Positions 1-12,862 are shown, counted from the whole stretch's first letter. The stretch is DNA of 57,923 nt, filler included, from Sphacelaria rigidula (GCA_964200075.2; 8 parts of 8 records of this genome joined end to end with filler, not necessarily neighbours in it), one strand, 5' to 3'. Numbers and translations: made by a program. Notes: generated by a model from the letters alone, not told the origin.

Positions 1-1643
1 GCCAGGCATCGACTAACAAGGAAAGACTTTCACAGGCGGGTACAACACACATGGGGGCCCGGGGAAGTTTCTTTCCATCAAAATCTGTGTGTTCCAAGAT
101 GCAAAAAGGTTCCATGCGCATCGTTTTCTAATACGAACGGAATCTTGTCAAATTCTGTGTTATTGTTCGACCACTGTCCGATGCCGATCCCGGAAAATCT
201 TCGTATTGCTGTTCGATAGTTTCTCCGGGGGTTTGACTGGACCGGAAGCGGCCACCTTCCCTCGTGTTTTCAGAACCGTTTCAATTGTGTCGTTGCAGAA
301 ATTCATTGGTCATGACTTTAGGTCAGGGCAAGCACTGTTTTCGTGTTGAAACTCTTTGAAACGTTGAACCTCAATAACGAATCCAGGCTGTTACTTGTTT
401 TTTGTAGTCCTTTTTTGTGATGCGTTTCAGCCACTAGTTTGTGTCGGAATAACAAGCGCGCTTGTCGTACCGTGGGTGTTGAGCAAAATTGAGGGGATGC
501 CCACCATCCCACGTTCTTTCGTTACCCTCCGACCCCCAGACACAACCATCTTCCCCCCCCCCCGATAGCTGAAATATGTCTGACGAAGAGGGCTCACCTG
601 AAGGCGTAGCTAAGCGGTCAAGAATGGGATGGAGGTTTATGATGTAGAGCACTCAAGGCTTCGTCTTCCGTTCCGTGACTTCAAATGCCAATACCCAAGT
701 CTGCTACGTAATCGCCGTAAAGAAACAACCGGACCACATGGCCGTACACCAAGTATGACTGACTGCTTCATAGCACGGCATCGGTATAAGCATGCAAAGC
801 ACACATACGCCAACCGTCACTTTACTCGTGCAGAAGCTTGTCCCCCGTGATGGCTACACTTACAGATCACCGGAACAGTTCAAGGAAAACTTTAGCAGCT
901 TGTGTACGCCATGCGTATCTGTCGCGGACATGGCACAAAAAGCGATTTCGTTTGATAATACAGTACCCGTCATCAGCTGTTTTTCACGTTCCAAGCATCT
1001 TACGCGTGTTTTTTGTCACGTGCATGTTAGTGAACTGGCTCCAAGACAGTCATGTGGAATTTCTACTTCTCCCATCCAATTCAAGGATGGTCATGTGAGG
1101 CTTGTGCCCAGTTCAAATATTGTCATGTATCCTGTTCAAAGATGGTCATGTCAGACTTTCCCCGGTCTAGAGACGGCTATGGGAGAGCTCGTCCTGCACG
1201 TGACGACCCTAGAAAGTTGGTCCCTACCGCATGCGGTCAGCCCACAGCACAACACTGCCTAGACCATACTCTCGTGCTACTATGCCGAACGAGCGGCTCC
1301 GCGGCTCCGTTTCGGGCCGTAACCTGAACGACAGAGATTTAGTGCACCTTTGCCCTCCCCTTTGCGTGAAGACACGCCGGGTCATTGAGGGGGTGAACGA
1401 ATAGATCTGAAAAACCTGCACAAACCTGCACATGCGTTCTCCGCTGTCAGTCAACAGGACGTTTCGATCTTCAAATACCACCAGAACGGTGCGAAAATTT
1501 ATTCTGTTTTCATATAAAATAAGGAAGGCTATAACCTTCGATCAAAATTGCCGCGTTGGCTGCCACACCCCTTCCTCAAGCCCCAATATACCCCAAGCGG
1601 CACCCATAGCTCACGAGCTTTGCTCACACGGTTCTAACAAAAA

Positions 1644-1862
1644 TCACGCCCCTTCTGCCGCGACTCCCCCGTCCAAAACAACCGCCGGCTTAGCCTCTAG
1701 CACATCGTGCAGCTCGCAAGCCGCTTCATCTGCCTCAAGCATCTTCGCCAACAACATATCGACGTCAATATCTCCCATGTCCCCCGCCCCCCTAGACCGC
1801 ACGGCCAATGTACCCGCGGCCACCTCTTTCTCTCCGACCACCGACATGATCGGTATGCGCGC
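1644..1862 (-). CDS. thrS: Threonyl-tRNA synthetase last exon
   Basis: ARIPIMSVVGEKEVAAGTLAVRSRGAGDMGDIDVDMLLAKML...AEGA then TGA. cacag acceptor. Confidence 0.93.
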   Translation of the reverse strand, partial: ARIPIMSVVGEKEVAAGTLAVRSRGAGDMGDIDVDMLLAKMLEADEAACELHDVLEAKPAVVLDGGVAAEGA

Positions 1863-2193
1863 CTGTGCGGTAATGGGACCGCGGGTAGAGGAACAGGGGA
1901 ATAATGGCACGATGAGAGTTGAAATTGGATCACGAAGAAGACCCCAGATAATAAGATACACGTTCGACGAGTCGTAAGAATTAAAATACTGTAAAAGGAC
2001 AAGACTACTACTACAGGAAGCACATTGCCACATATTGGGGAATGCTCCCAAAAATATATTCGACATAAACTCACTCATCGTGGTCTCCAGCTTAATATAT
2101 ATGCCTCACTCGCTTACACCAGCAACGCTTGATGTCGCGCGTGCACTTCCATGAGCCGAATATGCAAGAGTGGCGAAAAAAATGCGGACGCAC

Positions 2194-2283
2194 CTTTTCT
2201 GCTGTGCGAATCTGCTTGGCCAGCCTCTCAGATCCCCTGTCGACCTCTACCCTCAGCCCCGCCTTCTTGAACTTGGACTGCAC
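2194..2283 (-). CDS. thrS: Threonyl-tRNA synthetase exon (anticodon-binding domain)
   Basis: VQSKFKKAGLRVEVDRGSERLAKQIRTAEK. aacag / gtgcgt splice sites, phase 0-0. Confidence 0.93.
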
Positions 2284-2962
2284 CTGTTTAACCGCCACAC
2301 ACGAGGAGGGCGAGATGGGGGATAATTTAGCGACATGATCAGAGAAGCAAAATAGACGAGATAGGCACCAGGAGCAAGCGAGCAAATCAAACCACACCAA
2401 ATATACTTTTCGGCGCGTAGCACCACGTACCCGGTGAGGAACGACCACATGTGATACATATTTGGTGCTGGCCCTCGCATGCTCCGAAAACAAGACATGG
2501 ACACACTGCTGGGCAAATATCGCCAAGCTCTCGATGCCACGTGCCTCGTCCACGGCGACTCACCGATGTGTTGTCGGACACCCCAAGGCATCGGAATACG
2601 AGAGTCGACCCTAAAATGTATACCGTGCGCGCGACTGCCTTTCGGCGAACCTCGCTGCATGTTTCATACGGGCACTTAGCTTTATGCCGAACGGGTGCTG
2701 GGGCCAGGTTCAAGACGCTCGCAGAGCGCCGATGGTACGCTGGCAGACGAACAAAACAGGCTCCCTCAGACAGTAGTAGCATGATACTACTTTTGTCCGG
2801 GAAGTCGACTTCTCGGGTTCCCGTTTGGGGCCGGTTACTCACCGAGTCATCTCACCACACACTTCATGAAAGGAACACATTGAGAGTCTTGAAACAACGC
2901 CGTGGAAAGGATTTTACGGCATTGTAATATTAATAGTTGTGTGTTCTTCGGAGGAGGCGTAC

Positions 2963-3134
2963 CTGCAAGCAGTAGTCCCTTGCAGCATCAGTCACGGGAA
3001 GTAGTCGCATCTGCTCCGGTGCAAGCCACAGCGGGAACGTTCCCGCCGTGTTCTCGACCAAGATGCCGAAGAATCGCTCGATGGATCCGAAGATAGCGCG
3101 GTGCAGCATAACAGGCTGCTTCTTCTCCCCCGCA
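2963..3134 (-). CDS. thrS: Threonyl-tRNA synthetase exon (motif 3)
   Basis: [57 protein letters not shown]. ttctag / gtacgc splice sites. Confidence 0.96.
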
Positions 3135-3667
3135 CTAGAAGCAAGTCATTGAATCAAACAATGCAAGCATTGAGAGACAGGTGTGCTGAAAGACCGGAGT
3201 GCACGGATGCGTGTGACCATCGCCAAGACCAATTCACAGCACAGTTCGGGGAATGGCGGTGGGATGACTTTCACAAGAGATGCCGCATGCGATTATGCTG
3301 ACTGACTGGGCCATCCAACTTGCCTATAATGTGTTGCCGCAGACAGGAAACATATTATCGATCCATAAAACAAGCTCATCATGTCTGAGATTTAGCAAAC
3401 CGGCGTAACACGTAACACGCCGCTGTAGCGCAGGAGGGGGGGGGGGTGCGTGCGGATGGACTCTTACCGCCAGGCAAGTGCATTATTTTGGCACGCTACG
3501 CGGCCCGGCACTACTTGCATAGCTGTCATGCTTCGAGCATGAACACCTCTTCACGGCGGTTCACTCTCCACCACTGGTACACAAGCGTGTTTTCAGGTCT
3601 TCACCTCGCGCAGAAAATCAGTAAAAGCAAAGAAGAATGGGGGAAGGCAAGGGGCTCAAAAACTCAC

Positions 3668-3807
3668 CTGTCCACATACTCCAGGTTGAACCTCTCCGGC
3701 AGGTTGAAGTCCGCCTGAACCGTGGAGCACTGCCATGTGCGTCCAATGGCATCACGGATCTTTAGGTCGATCTTTGGGCCATAGAACGCTCCTCCACCCT
3801 CGTCAAC
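3668..3807 (-). CDS. thrS: Threonyl-tRNA synthetase exon
   Basis: [46 protein letters not shown]. gtgcag / gtgagt splice sites. Confidence 0.96.
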
Positions 3808-4332
3808 CTGCACCGTCGCTCAAACATGGAGATCCCCCACACAGATACGTTGTTATGTACGTACAACAAATCTGTCACACACAATTTCAATGTGTCAAAA
3901 GATTCAACAGCATAAGAAGTGAGAGGGTATACGCCAGTTGCCATCATGCGTCGAACAGTAACCCGAGATGAGCGCGACATGACACACGCGAGCTGTATGT
4001 CGCCTTCTACAGCCCCAAACTCGCTTTCAGCAAGCCGCAGCTGTAGTACGGCATAAGCCACTGTTGCCAGTGTGGAACGCCAAACCAGCGTGGATGCGAC
4101 TGCTTCTCCCTTTTCATCGTCGGTCCCGGATACATTCATCAGAGGTAAGGACCAGACAGAACCATGGGAGCGTTGAAGGGTTCGTTGATGCCGGCATGCT
4201 GAACATCCGTTACCAAAAATTCAAGTACTTCGAAATTCATAGTTTATAATGGCGACGCGAATATTGGCGTGCGTCACAGTCCAATGCAACAGGCGACGGG
4301 GTTGTGTTGCACAGTTGGTGTAAAGCACTTGC

Positions 4333-4447
4333 CTTGTAGTCCCAGCCTTTTCGCTCAAGAGCGCCCTTCAGGGCAGCTGTGGCCAAGTCCCAGATCTCAT
4401 CCGTGCCCACTGATTTCTCTGGTCGAGTGGAGAGCATAATCTCATAC
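4333..4447 (-). CDS. thrS: Threonyl-tRNA synthetase exon
   Basis: [38 protein letters not shown]. cacag acceptor, non-canonical GC donor (AAG|gcaagt). Phase is consistent with both neighbouring exons. Confidence 0.93.
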
Positions 4448-5227
4448 CTGTGTACACATGTTTCAAGAAGACACGCGCGCGTAACACCGGCGAGAGCTTG
4501 AAATCAACAACACATACTTGCCAATGAGATGCGAAATACTGTTTCCACCACGAAGACGAAGACAGTGGAAGAAGCGACCGTCAGAAAGCGCGCTACTGTA
4601 CAGCATGTACCTCGCGGGAGGTTGGCGTGCTGTACTCGCAACGTGGCGTTTTGAGCGCGACTTCTACCTTTCAAACAAGCGTACCACAAAATCCATGAAC
4701 GTTGACCTCAAATCTTGCCATCTCGTCAAATCAAACCTACGATACGATACTTACTGCGTCTGCTCGACTTCCGCACGCAATCACCGTGGCTACCACAGCA
4801 GCACACGTGCGCCTCCTTCGATATCTCCCCCATTGCAAGTTCGGTAGCTTAACGAACACGCTCGCACTGTAGACTTCTAATGACTGTGCAAACTGCAGAT
4901 CTTGCGTGCACCTTACACCTTGCTTCTTTTTTTCCCCCCGTCCCCAGGAGACAGGAAGGAACCTTTCACCACGCACTTTGCTATTTATAGTTTCGTGCAG
5001 CGCATTCGAGGCGCTCCACCCGTCAGGCATGTCCAAGCCAAAGGTCAGACATGCCTAACGGGTGTACGGGTAGGCACCAAGGCAGGAGTGCCCCCACACC
5101 CAGATAGTCTCGGACTTGGGACGAGGATATCCCTCACCGAGCAAACTTCCTACAATGCCCCTCAGCTCGACTCTGTACACGAGTCACCGTACCCATCCGG
5201 GCGTCCGTCCTCGTTGCATTTATTCAC

Positions 5228-5425
5228 CTGTCGAATCCAAAGCGACTAAGGATGGCCTCGGTGAGATCCAAAACCGACACAATCTCCTGCTCTACTTGCT
5301 CCGGCAGACAGAAGATATGCGCGTCGTCCTGCGTGAATCCCCTGACGCGCATCAGCCCGTGGAGGGTGCCGCTTCTCTCGTATCTGTACACGGTGCCCAG
5401 CTCGGCCCATCGGATGGGCAGCTCC
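5228..5425 (-). CDS. thrS: Threonyl-tRNA synthetase (organellar/bacterial-type), first visible exon; upstream exons not found on this contig
   Basis: Translates to [65 protein letters not shown] (class II motif 2 region). Bounded by tgcag acceptor and gtgaat donor. Confidence 0.95.
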
Positions 5426-5621
5426 CTGCAAGGGTGTGACGGGAGGACGTGCCCTCATTGTCCGTTTGGTTATTCATATGAACGGATCCGCTGAGGAGGG
5501 AACGATCGATCTTACCGCAGCGTGCAGAGTAATTTCCACCACGCCATTCTAGCGGAGCATCTGCAAGTACCGATGCTGTTGGGCGTCTGGTTGAAATGAT
5601 AGTTTTGAATTTTTCGATTGA

Positions 5622-6671
5622 CCCTTTGGGGACCGACCCCCCACTAACACAGGGTTGACCCTGTGTTAGTGAAATAATAAAAAACAAGTCTTCGAGCGAC
5701 CTGCCCAATCACGGCGAGGCGAAATTTATCGATCAGACCCGAACGACCAGTGCTGGGGTTGTTGGCGAGTATGATGCCAATGTAAAGATCGTGTTGGGAC
5801 CCTATCCTTGGCCCAGATAAGCCTTCGCAGGTTTCCAAGTGCAGGGCGGTCGGAGCTTGGTTGTATGATATGACTTGCTCTCAGTATACCGTTCCCGAGT
5901 TTTCCGGCGGGTTTTTTGGGTCTCAATTTCCTACTAAAACGTAGTAATTTCACTAACACAGGGTCGACCGGAAAACCGGGAAGGAGTGCACATACTACCA
6001 GGTGGTCATTTTTACCACGCCCTAAAACTAGGTGGGCTGTGGAAAGACAAAATGATCTACTGTCATGAGTTCTGCTTATCCCTCTGGCGATGACTTGCAG
6101 GGTGCAGTTAATATGTATGTAGAGGGTGGGGATAAATAAGCGGTATGTAGGCAGTTGATCTCGGTAGCTGAGAATTGCCCAGAACGTGCAAGGGAGTATG
6201 CAGCGGCAGCTGCTGCTTCAGTCGGAGAGGCGTACTACACTATACTGTACTGTACTATACTGTTGCACGCATGCTTGCCGCAACACTGATACCGTTCGAA
6301 GAGAGTTTGCCGCACGCAACAACAAGGGAAATAGCGGCCCACCTCGACCACAAAGGGCTGTGTGGCAAGGTGATGGGGACAAAAGTATTATCCAAAGCCA
6401 CCAGTGGCGGGCGGCCCGCCGGTCGCCGCATCCTGTTGGAAGCTCTTCACCGCGACCCATACTGCTTGCTACACTCGATGTACACCACCTAATGCGCACC
6501 CTACACCTGAAATAGATTGGAACTTTCGTTCTTTGTCATAACCCTGCGGTTATATAATAATAATGTATACATACGCGGATTTTCAGCAACACGCCACTGT
6601 CTCGTGCAGACGCCAGACACGTCATTCCTGACCAGCCTCACTGGTCGTTCTGGAGGCCCGGTCCCAAAGGG
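5622..6671. mobile_element. Putative non-autonomous piggyBac-like element in ThrRS intron
   Basis: Ends CCCTTTGGGGACC ... GGTCCCAAAGGG. Flanked by TTGA (5618-5621) and TTAA (6672-6675). Confidence 0.45.
5653..5969. mobile_element. MITE with ~23-bp TIRs nested in the piggyBac-like element
   Basis: GGTTGACCCTGTGTTAGTGAAAT (5653-5675) is the inverted repeat of ATTTCACTAACACAGGGTCGACC (5947-5969). An extra TIR copy just upstream creates a palindrome at 5642-5671. Confidence 0.6.
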
Positions 6672-7153
6672 TTAATGGGAATCCGTCGAGTATTTTGGTG
6701 CAACAGTCGGCGCGTGGGTGGCCAATTTCACCCAAAAACGTGCCCTTTCGGACCCTCATGCGGGAGCGTTTTCGGCGCACATGTGTCACAAATCAACGAC
6801 CGTTTCTCGTTAATCCCTGAACCTATTAAACCAAAGCAAAAAGCACCAACGTGCTCAGCTAATCAGCAGCTATGGCTACGAGTAGAGCTACGTTTTTTTC
6901 ACGGGGGGTGGGGGGGAGTGCTTATGATCTTGCATGCCATAGTCATGGGACCATTGACATCGAATTCCTAAAAAGCCGGGACGGAGCACGCCTGGGTTTT
7001 GCCGGACCAAGCTCGGGGGAGTGGGTATGAGAATTTCAAGTTTCTTGAGATGGGTTGTGTCTCACACATTTGAATGTGTCCCTGCGGTTGTTGCTACGTG
7101 CATGTTCTCTTTCCAGCGAAAAGATTAGTCTGCTTGTGCAGACCGATTAGAAA

Positions 7154-7253
7154 NNNNNNNNNNNNNNNNNNNNNNNNNNNNNNNNNNNNNNNNNNNNTTA
7201 ATTAATTAANNNNNNNNNNNNNNNNNNNNNNNNNNNNNNNNNNNNNNNNNNNN
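7154..7253. other. Artificial contig linker (44N-TTAATTAATTAA-44N); also at 14407-14506, 21660-21759, 28913-29012, 36166-36265, 43419-43518, 50672-50771
   Basis: Identical 100-nt spacer containing stop codons in all six frames, recurring exactly every 7,253 nt. Confidence 0.99.
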
Positions 7254-7730
7254 CCTGTAGACCCCCTCCACAGGGTGCTATCTGTCCACGTGTGCAACGT
7301 CCCAAACACCGAAGTAAATTAAAATTGGAAGCGCCCTGGACAGAGGGCAGTCTATTCTACAATTTTAGCGGATGAATGACTGGTCTTGTGCAAGTGTATT
7401 TGTTGTTCCGTGGGCATGCCTTTTCATTTCATGAAGATGCATGATTTTCATCGGACTCCAAAGATACCGTGTTCCAAGAGGGAATGAAAACAAACCGTCG
7501 GCCGCCACCCACCCGATACAACAAACGCGTATCTTAGAACGGGTGGGTGCACTGAAAGACATGAATGGGGCTTCGGTGCCATGTGGCTTCAGCAAAAGTG
7601 GGCCGACGACTTTATGCTGTCTTTTGTGTCGTCTTGACGCAGTATAGTTGACCATTCGGGAGGGCAAGTTGGTCCATCTTGATTTGAGTGTGAACACCGA
7701 ACACCGGATCTTTTCATGGTGGCTGTGCTC

Positions 7731-8188
7731 CTAGCATGCTCCTAGCGTGCCCACGACGCGTTCTTGTCTGAATCGGCGCCTGGGGCACGGATTTGATGTC
7801 TGGCAACCCACACTTCGCCTTGGGAACACGTTGCGCCCGCCTTGCCCGAGGATTCTCGGTATGCCCTTGTTGTGGTTAGGATTAGGGTTGGTGTTATAGT
7901 TTGTTCGATTTGCTGCTGCAAGGTCGCCAAGATGATTCTTGCTTCCGTTCGTGCGACTCATGGTCATGTCTATAACGGCTGTTAGAGTGTGTTGCCCTTG
8001 CGGATACTACTCTCTCTCCTTGAACGCCAGCTTGCTCTGTGGCTTTCTTTTCTCCTTCAGTTTAGAGTTTGTCCCTACTTGCCGCCAGGTGAGATTAGAT
8101 ACAAAGGTACGCTATCTTGGTAGCGTGGTGATGGCATCGGGTGCAAGAGAACGAGCGCTACGCTTGCCACTATCATAAGCGATGCACA
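7731..8188 (-). mobile_element. Possible LTR retrotransposon 5' remnant (LTR ~7980-8188 plus start of gag-like ORF)
   Basis: TGT...ACA-bounded segment. On the minus strand it is followed by AACA-GCCGTTATAGAC-ATG and a short N/G-rich degenerate ORF. No diagnostic domain. Confidence 0.25.
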
Positions 8189-10536
8189 GATGGGGGTGAA
8201 TGTCTCGCAGACACGGAAGCTTTTAGGGGTTCCGTCGAAGGTTCAAATTCTACACCTGTTGAACATTCCACACATGCGGTGTATCAACCATCTGTCTGCA
8301 CTATGAAGAGTCATTTATGGGTGTAATCTATTCTGAGACCGTTTGATCGGGGTGAGGGTTTCGCATGTCGTGGAAATCGGCGAGTCTTGGAGGCGCTGGT
8401 TTGCGCTCATAGCCTAGACGGTTGCCCCCATTACTCATCACTAGGGCCATCGATTGGGATGCGAGGTTTTACATCATCTGCGTCAAGACAATAGCTACAA
8501 GTCCCGTGGTCGATTTTGTTTATCTCATCGAGATTCGAGTAATATAACAAATTAAGTGAAGGAAACATAGATTCTTTTTCAATTTCCTCAATCACCGTAA
8601 CTCCTTTGGGTCCACAATCGTGTCAGATTGTAGCTTGGACAAATACACACCGAGGTACGCTGTGAGTCGTAGTACAGGACGACAAAAATGGGAAACCGTT
8701 GAATGTAAACCCCACACAAATCACAAGTACTTTGGGGGGTTTTACGGCGTTCATAATGAGGGGATGAGCGAGATCTCCGGTTTGTTTGTGCTTTTGGTCG
8801 GTGACACTTTTTTTGCCCATTTTGGGGGGTCAAGCGCACGCATAATAGTGTAATGTTATTTGGCCACATTCCCATGGGCCGCGATCCGTTGGGTTTTGTG
8901 GGAGTCTCTGCAACTATTGCAAAACAATTACATGTGAGATATCAGTCTCGACCTTTAATGCTGTTGTGCCGTGAGGAAGAGACCAGGTAGACACCCCGAT
9001 GGGGTCTGGTTTGTGTCCGGAGGATTTCTCTAGGCCGCAGGAAGACGCGGTGGGTATGTTTCAGGTTCTTCGATGTTCTGCCATGCGGTAGCGTGGAGGG
9101 AGAGTACTGAGGGACGAAAAGTGGTCAACAGTGCATATTTCAGAGAAGAGGGGGTAAACAAAATGGGGAAGGGGGGGGGGGGGGATAGGAATAGTAGGTG
9201 GTTCGACTCACCCGGTTCTCGGACAAACGTGGGCCTCATGCCTAGCCCTAGTTACCCGCCGCATTGTTTGGCTCATAGGCGCGTCCGAAAGTCCGAGTTG
9301 ACTGCTGTACTCTGCGTAAGCCGTGGCCGTTTTGCCTTCGCGTCGGTATTGGGCTCAGATCGATTTTAGAGGAGCACGAACAAAGCCCGTGGCTGTGTTT
9401 TGTCACTACCCCCTTTTGGTTGAAAAAGGAGGTGGATCGCCCCCGTTTAAACTATTTCCTTGATTATTGTTGCTGTCCATCGGCGAGGGTATTTTGCGTG
9501 ATTTCTCATCCACCTGTTGCGCGTATTGAATGACACGGTCAGAAGTCTCGGCAGAATAACATTGCATGAGTTCGTTAAGCCTGATTGCTGTTGCCCTCCA
9601 TCATTGCGACACTTCGGTCCACGGTAATATTCGCCCATTCTATTTCAATTTATGGCAGCAATCGAGCGTGGATCCAAGCTCGAGATTCTGTATCGAAGAT
9701 GTTACAGTCACTCCCTGTATCGCAAGGTGAAGGCCCATGAAATTTAGTCCATCTATGGGGCGTTTCGACATATACCAGGCAGAGATGGGTTGGTCCTTTG
9801 AGACCACGGACTCGTCCTCAGGAAAGGGAAGGATTCAAAGTGTGACAGTAAAAAAAAACTTTGGTCACTACTCTACTTCAGGTAAAGCACGACATCGGTG
9901 ACCACGTTGTCCCTGCCGAAGTGTTGCGATCCAATCTTTGTACTTGAACGAAGTATACCTTGCAATACCAGCCGGGGCCCGACTTCCGGCCAAGGACTCT
10001 CTGTACGATCATCCATAGCACGGCTCGTTGCTTCCGGGTGCAATCTTGCGAGAGGAGGCATGAACAATTGTCCTTGCCGCCCTGAAACATGTGTTATTTC
10101 CCGGTATCACCATGCTCCGCCGCATATACCCACATCCGTCGACCCTTATGATGCACATTCATGTAGTACATGACTGTCACCAACATGCCAGTGTCAGCTG
10201 GCTCGAAACGGTCAGGAATGCCGTGGTTTGACTCGTTACCTCACCTCGCCTCTCTACCCGTTCGGTCATGACGACAATCTCAACCCACAGCGTGTGAGCT
10301 CGACACCTTGTCTCTCGACGTCAGGGATCTTGCCTCGTTCTCCGTCCATTGCGGGTCTGACAGCCCTTACAACAGGCTGTCATTTGTGCGACACCCGTAG
10401 TGATTCCAGCGGGTTATTCACAGGTTTTCACGAATACTTAATCCCTACCGGAAGTACTTGCAGCATGTCATCCAGTCATTCAAAAGCAGGGGAATAGACC
10501 TGATAAATATACCCGATAGTTTTGAGAACAAAGACG

Positions 10537-12615
10537 GGTAGCGCACTTTTGAGTCATGTCGCTGCACGTGGGCTGAGCACCTCGGAAACAGTTCCCAGCG
10601 CCTTAACTCCACGTTCAAAGTGCTTGGGCCGCATGCCCAACCTTTTCTTTTCTTCTACACATGGCAACAAGCTAAAGTCAGGCCCAGAAAATGAGAGCCT
10701 GTTGGGGCACTCGACTTTGCCAACAAACCAGCGGGGAACACCCGACTCGCAGAAAAAATATGGTATCATAGAGCAATGCTACGGTAGGGGTGCACTTTTT
10801 TCGCGAAATATTGTCTAGTTCAGGGGTTCCTAAGGATTTAAGATGCACAAGAATATGGGTCAGGGCATCCTCGTTTACAAATTCATTCAGGATATCCCCA
10901 GCACATTGAACTAGTAATCCTGGCGTGCTTTCACATATTTTTACAAGTGGTGTTTTGCATGAGATCAAGGGCTCCTAACAGATCCAACCTCAGAACCTAT
11001 TTGTGCAGCTCTACCGTAGCATCACTCCATACCTGTTTTTGTTCATGTTCCTGTCTATGCTCAAGTGCATACCCTAAATGGCGACCCTAGCGGGGGCTCG
11101 TCGGATACGTCGAACAGGCACAATTATGCGGTATTTTGCCAAATTACACCTCGCCGAAAGGTCGGAAAGCCCAACGACCAGGAAATTGTAGCCCGCTGCC
11201 GGTTACCCCGCAGACCCCAAAGAATCCCACGATACGTGCAGGGTGCGAACGCTTGTATACGGGGCACAACAAAGAGACAAACGGGTGTTAAACGTCTTGT
11301 TGGCATACACTCATCAGAACTTCATAATGCCACGTCACCATGTGGAAGATCAGAGTGTGCGGCCGTCGTATTTCTTCCCCTACGGGGAGAAAAACAGAAC
11401 CCGTCCGTGAAATAGAACCTGTTTTACATCACGTTTGTACAGACCCGCCGCTCCAACCAACACCCATCATTTTTCACTCCACGTGCGCACAAGGGAGCCG
11501 ACATATAGGGCGTGCGCAGTTACCGGCACGGCACGACACGCACGAGCATAGCACAGCACCACAGCTCACACACATGCACAAACTAACCACCACCAGCTAA
11601 CGGAAAAAGCGGCAAGATCACAATTGTAGCAGATATTGCACAAGCTTGACCGGCAGCCAAACCAGCTACTATTGTGTGCACATATGGTTTCTGATGAACA
11701 TGTAATCTACAGGGCAGCACCGCATAGGATAGCATTGTTCGTTTTGCAGATAAAAGTGATGTACGGCGCGGTACAAACCGAGTTGTACAGACAGGACTAT
11801 ACGGTACCGTAATATATTGTACTGACTAGCGTGTATTGTGCTGGAGGCCCTAAACACTAGTAACTTCTATGTCTGCATTGGTGATGCGCTGGTGTCGCCA
11901 TGAAACGGGCGTTCAAGACTGCTGTTGCCGCCGCCACTGTCGCAGTTTCGCCAACCACGCCAGTCCCCCCACACACTTACAAATGTATGGACGACGCACT
12001 GGAATCAAGACGCATGTACGCTGCGTACTCCTCCGAAACAATAAATAAGTCATCCCATGGTGACGCGACATGATGACGTCCGGTGTGTGTGTGCCGGAGA
12101 AACTTTCAACACCTGCTTGCCTCTCTGTGATCCCCCGCACACAAGCGTCCGCACCCTGCACGCATCGTGGGATCTTTTGGGTCTGTGGGGCAACCGGCAG
12201 CGAGTTACAATTTCCTGGTCGTTGGGCTTTCCGACCGTTTGGCAAGGTGTAATGTGGCGAAGTACCGTATATTTGTGCCTGTTCGGCATATCCGACGAGC
12301 TCCCACTAGGGTCACCATTTAGGGTATGCACTTGAGCATAGACAGACATGCACATGAACAAGAACCGGTATGATATCATATTTTATCTGCGACTTGGGTG
12401 TTCCCTGCTGGTTTGTTGGCAAACCCAAGTGCTCTAACAGGCTCTTATTTACCGGGCCCGAGTTTAGCCTGTTGCTATGTGTTAAAGAAAAGAGAAGCTT
12501 GGGCATGCGGCCCGAGCACATTGGACGTGGGGCTGGGCTGCGGCGCTGGGGAACGTGTTTTCGAGGTGCTCCGCCCACGTGCAGCGCCGTACCCCGAACC
12601 GAAAAGTGGGCTACC
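10537..12615. repeat. Long diverged inverted repeat: arms 10537-11343 and 12056-12615
   Basis: Arms align as reverse complements over ~550 bp with scattered substitutions, e.g. ATGCTCAAGTGCATACCCTAAATGG vs CCATTTAGGGTATGCACTTGAGCAT, and GGTCGGAAAGCCCAACGACCAGGAAATTGTA vs its reverse complement. The left arm carries an extra 257-bp insertion. Confidence 0.9.
10771..11027. mobile_element. Sola2-like MITE (GAG...CTC termini, 4-bp TSD CATA)
   Basis: ~25-bp TIRs GAGCAATGCTACGGTAGGGGTGCAC / GTGCAGCTCTACCGTAGCATCACTC. CATA is duplicated at 10767-10770 and 11028-11031. The paralogous arm near 12370 shows the empty site with a single CATA. Confidence 0.8.
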
Positions 12616-12778
12616 TAAAACACCGAATATACCCTTTCTTTCTTCCGTTATCCTTGGAACAACATGTCGACGGGCCGGATTGAAGCGCGCGGTGGCGAAT
12701 TAGGTGTCATCAACCGACGAACACTAGCCGAACTACGAGACGCCACAACACCGAGAGCTATGCTCATCGCGTTCTCAC

Positions 12779-12862
12779 CTGCCTGTCCTTCTGCTGAGTT
12801 GTTCCGAAATGTAGTCTGGCCGCGAATGACGACCAGATCTGTACTTGGGCTATATATGGCGC
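12779..12862 (-). CDS. POMP/adhesin-like repeat protein, exon
   Basis: 84-nt phase-1/1 exon: GAIYSPSTDLVVIRGQTTFRNNSAEGQA. ttcag / gtgaga splice sites. Confidence 0.8.

Noticed and set aside
6340..6510. Additional upstream ThrRS exon
   Set aside because: Splice-like signals are present but no frame yields ThrRS sequence such as KPMNCP.
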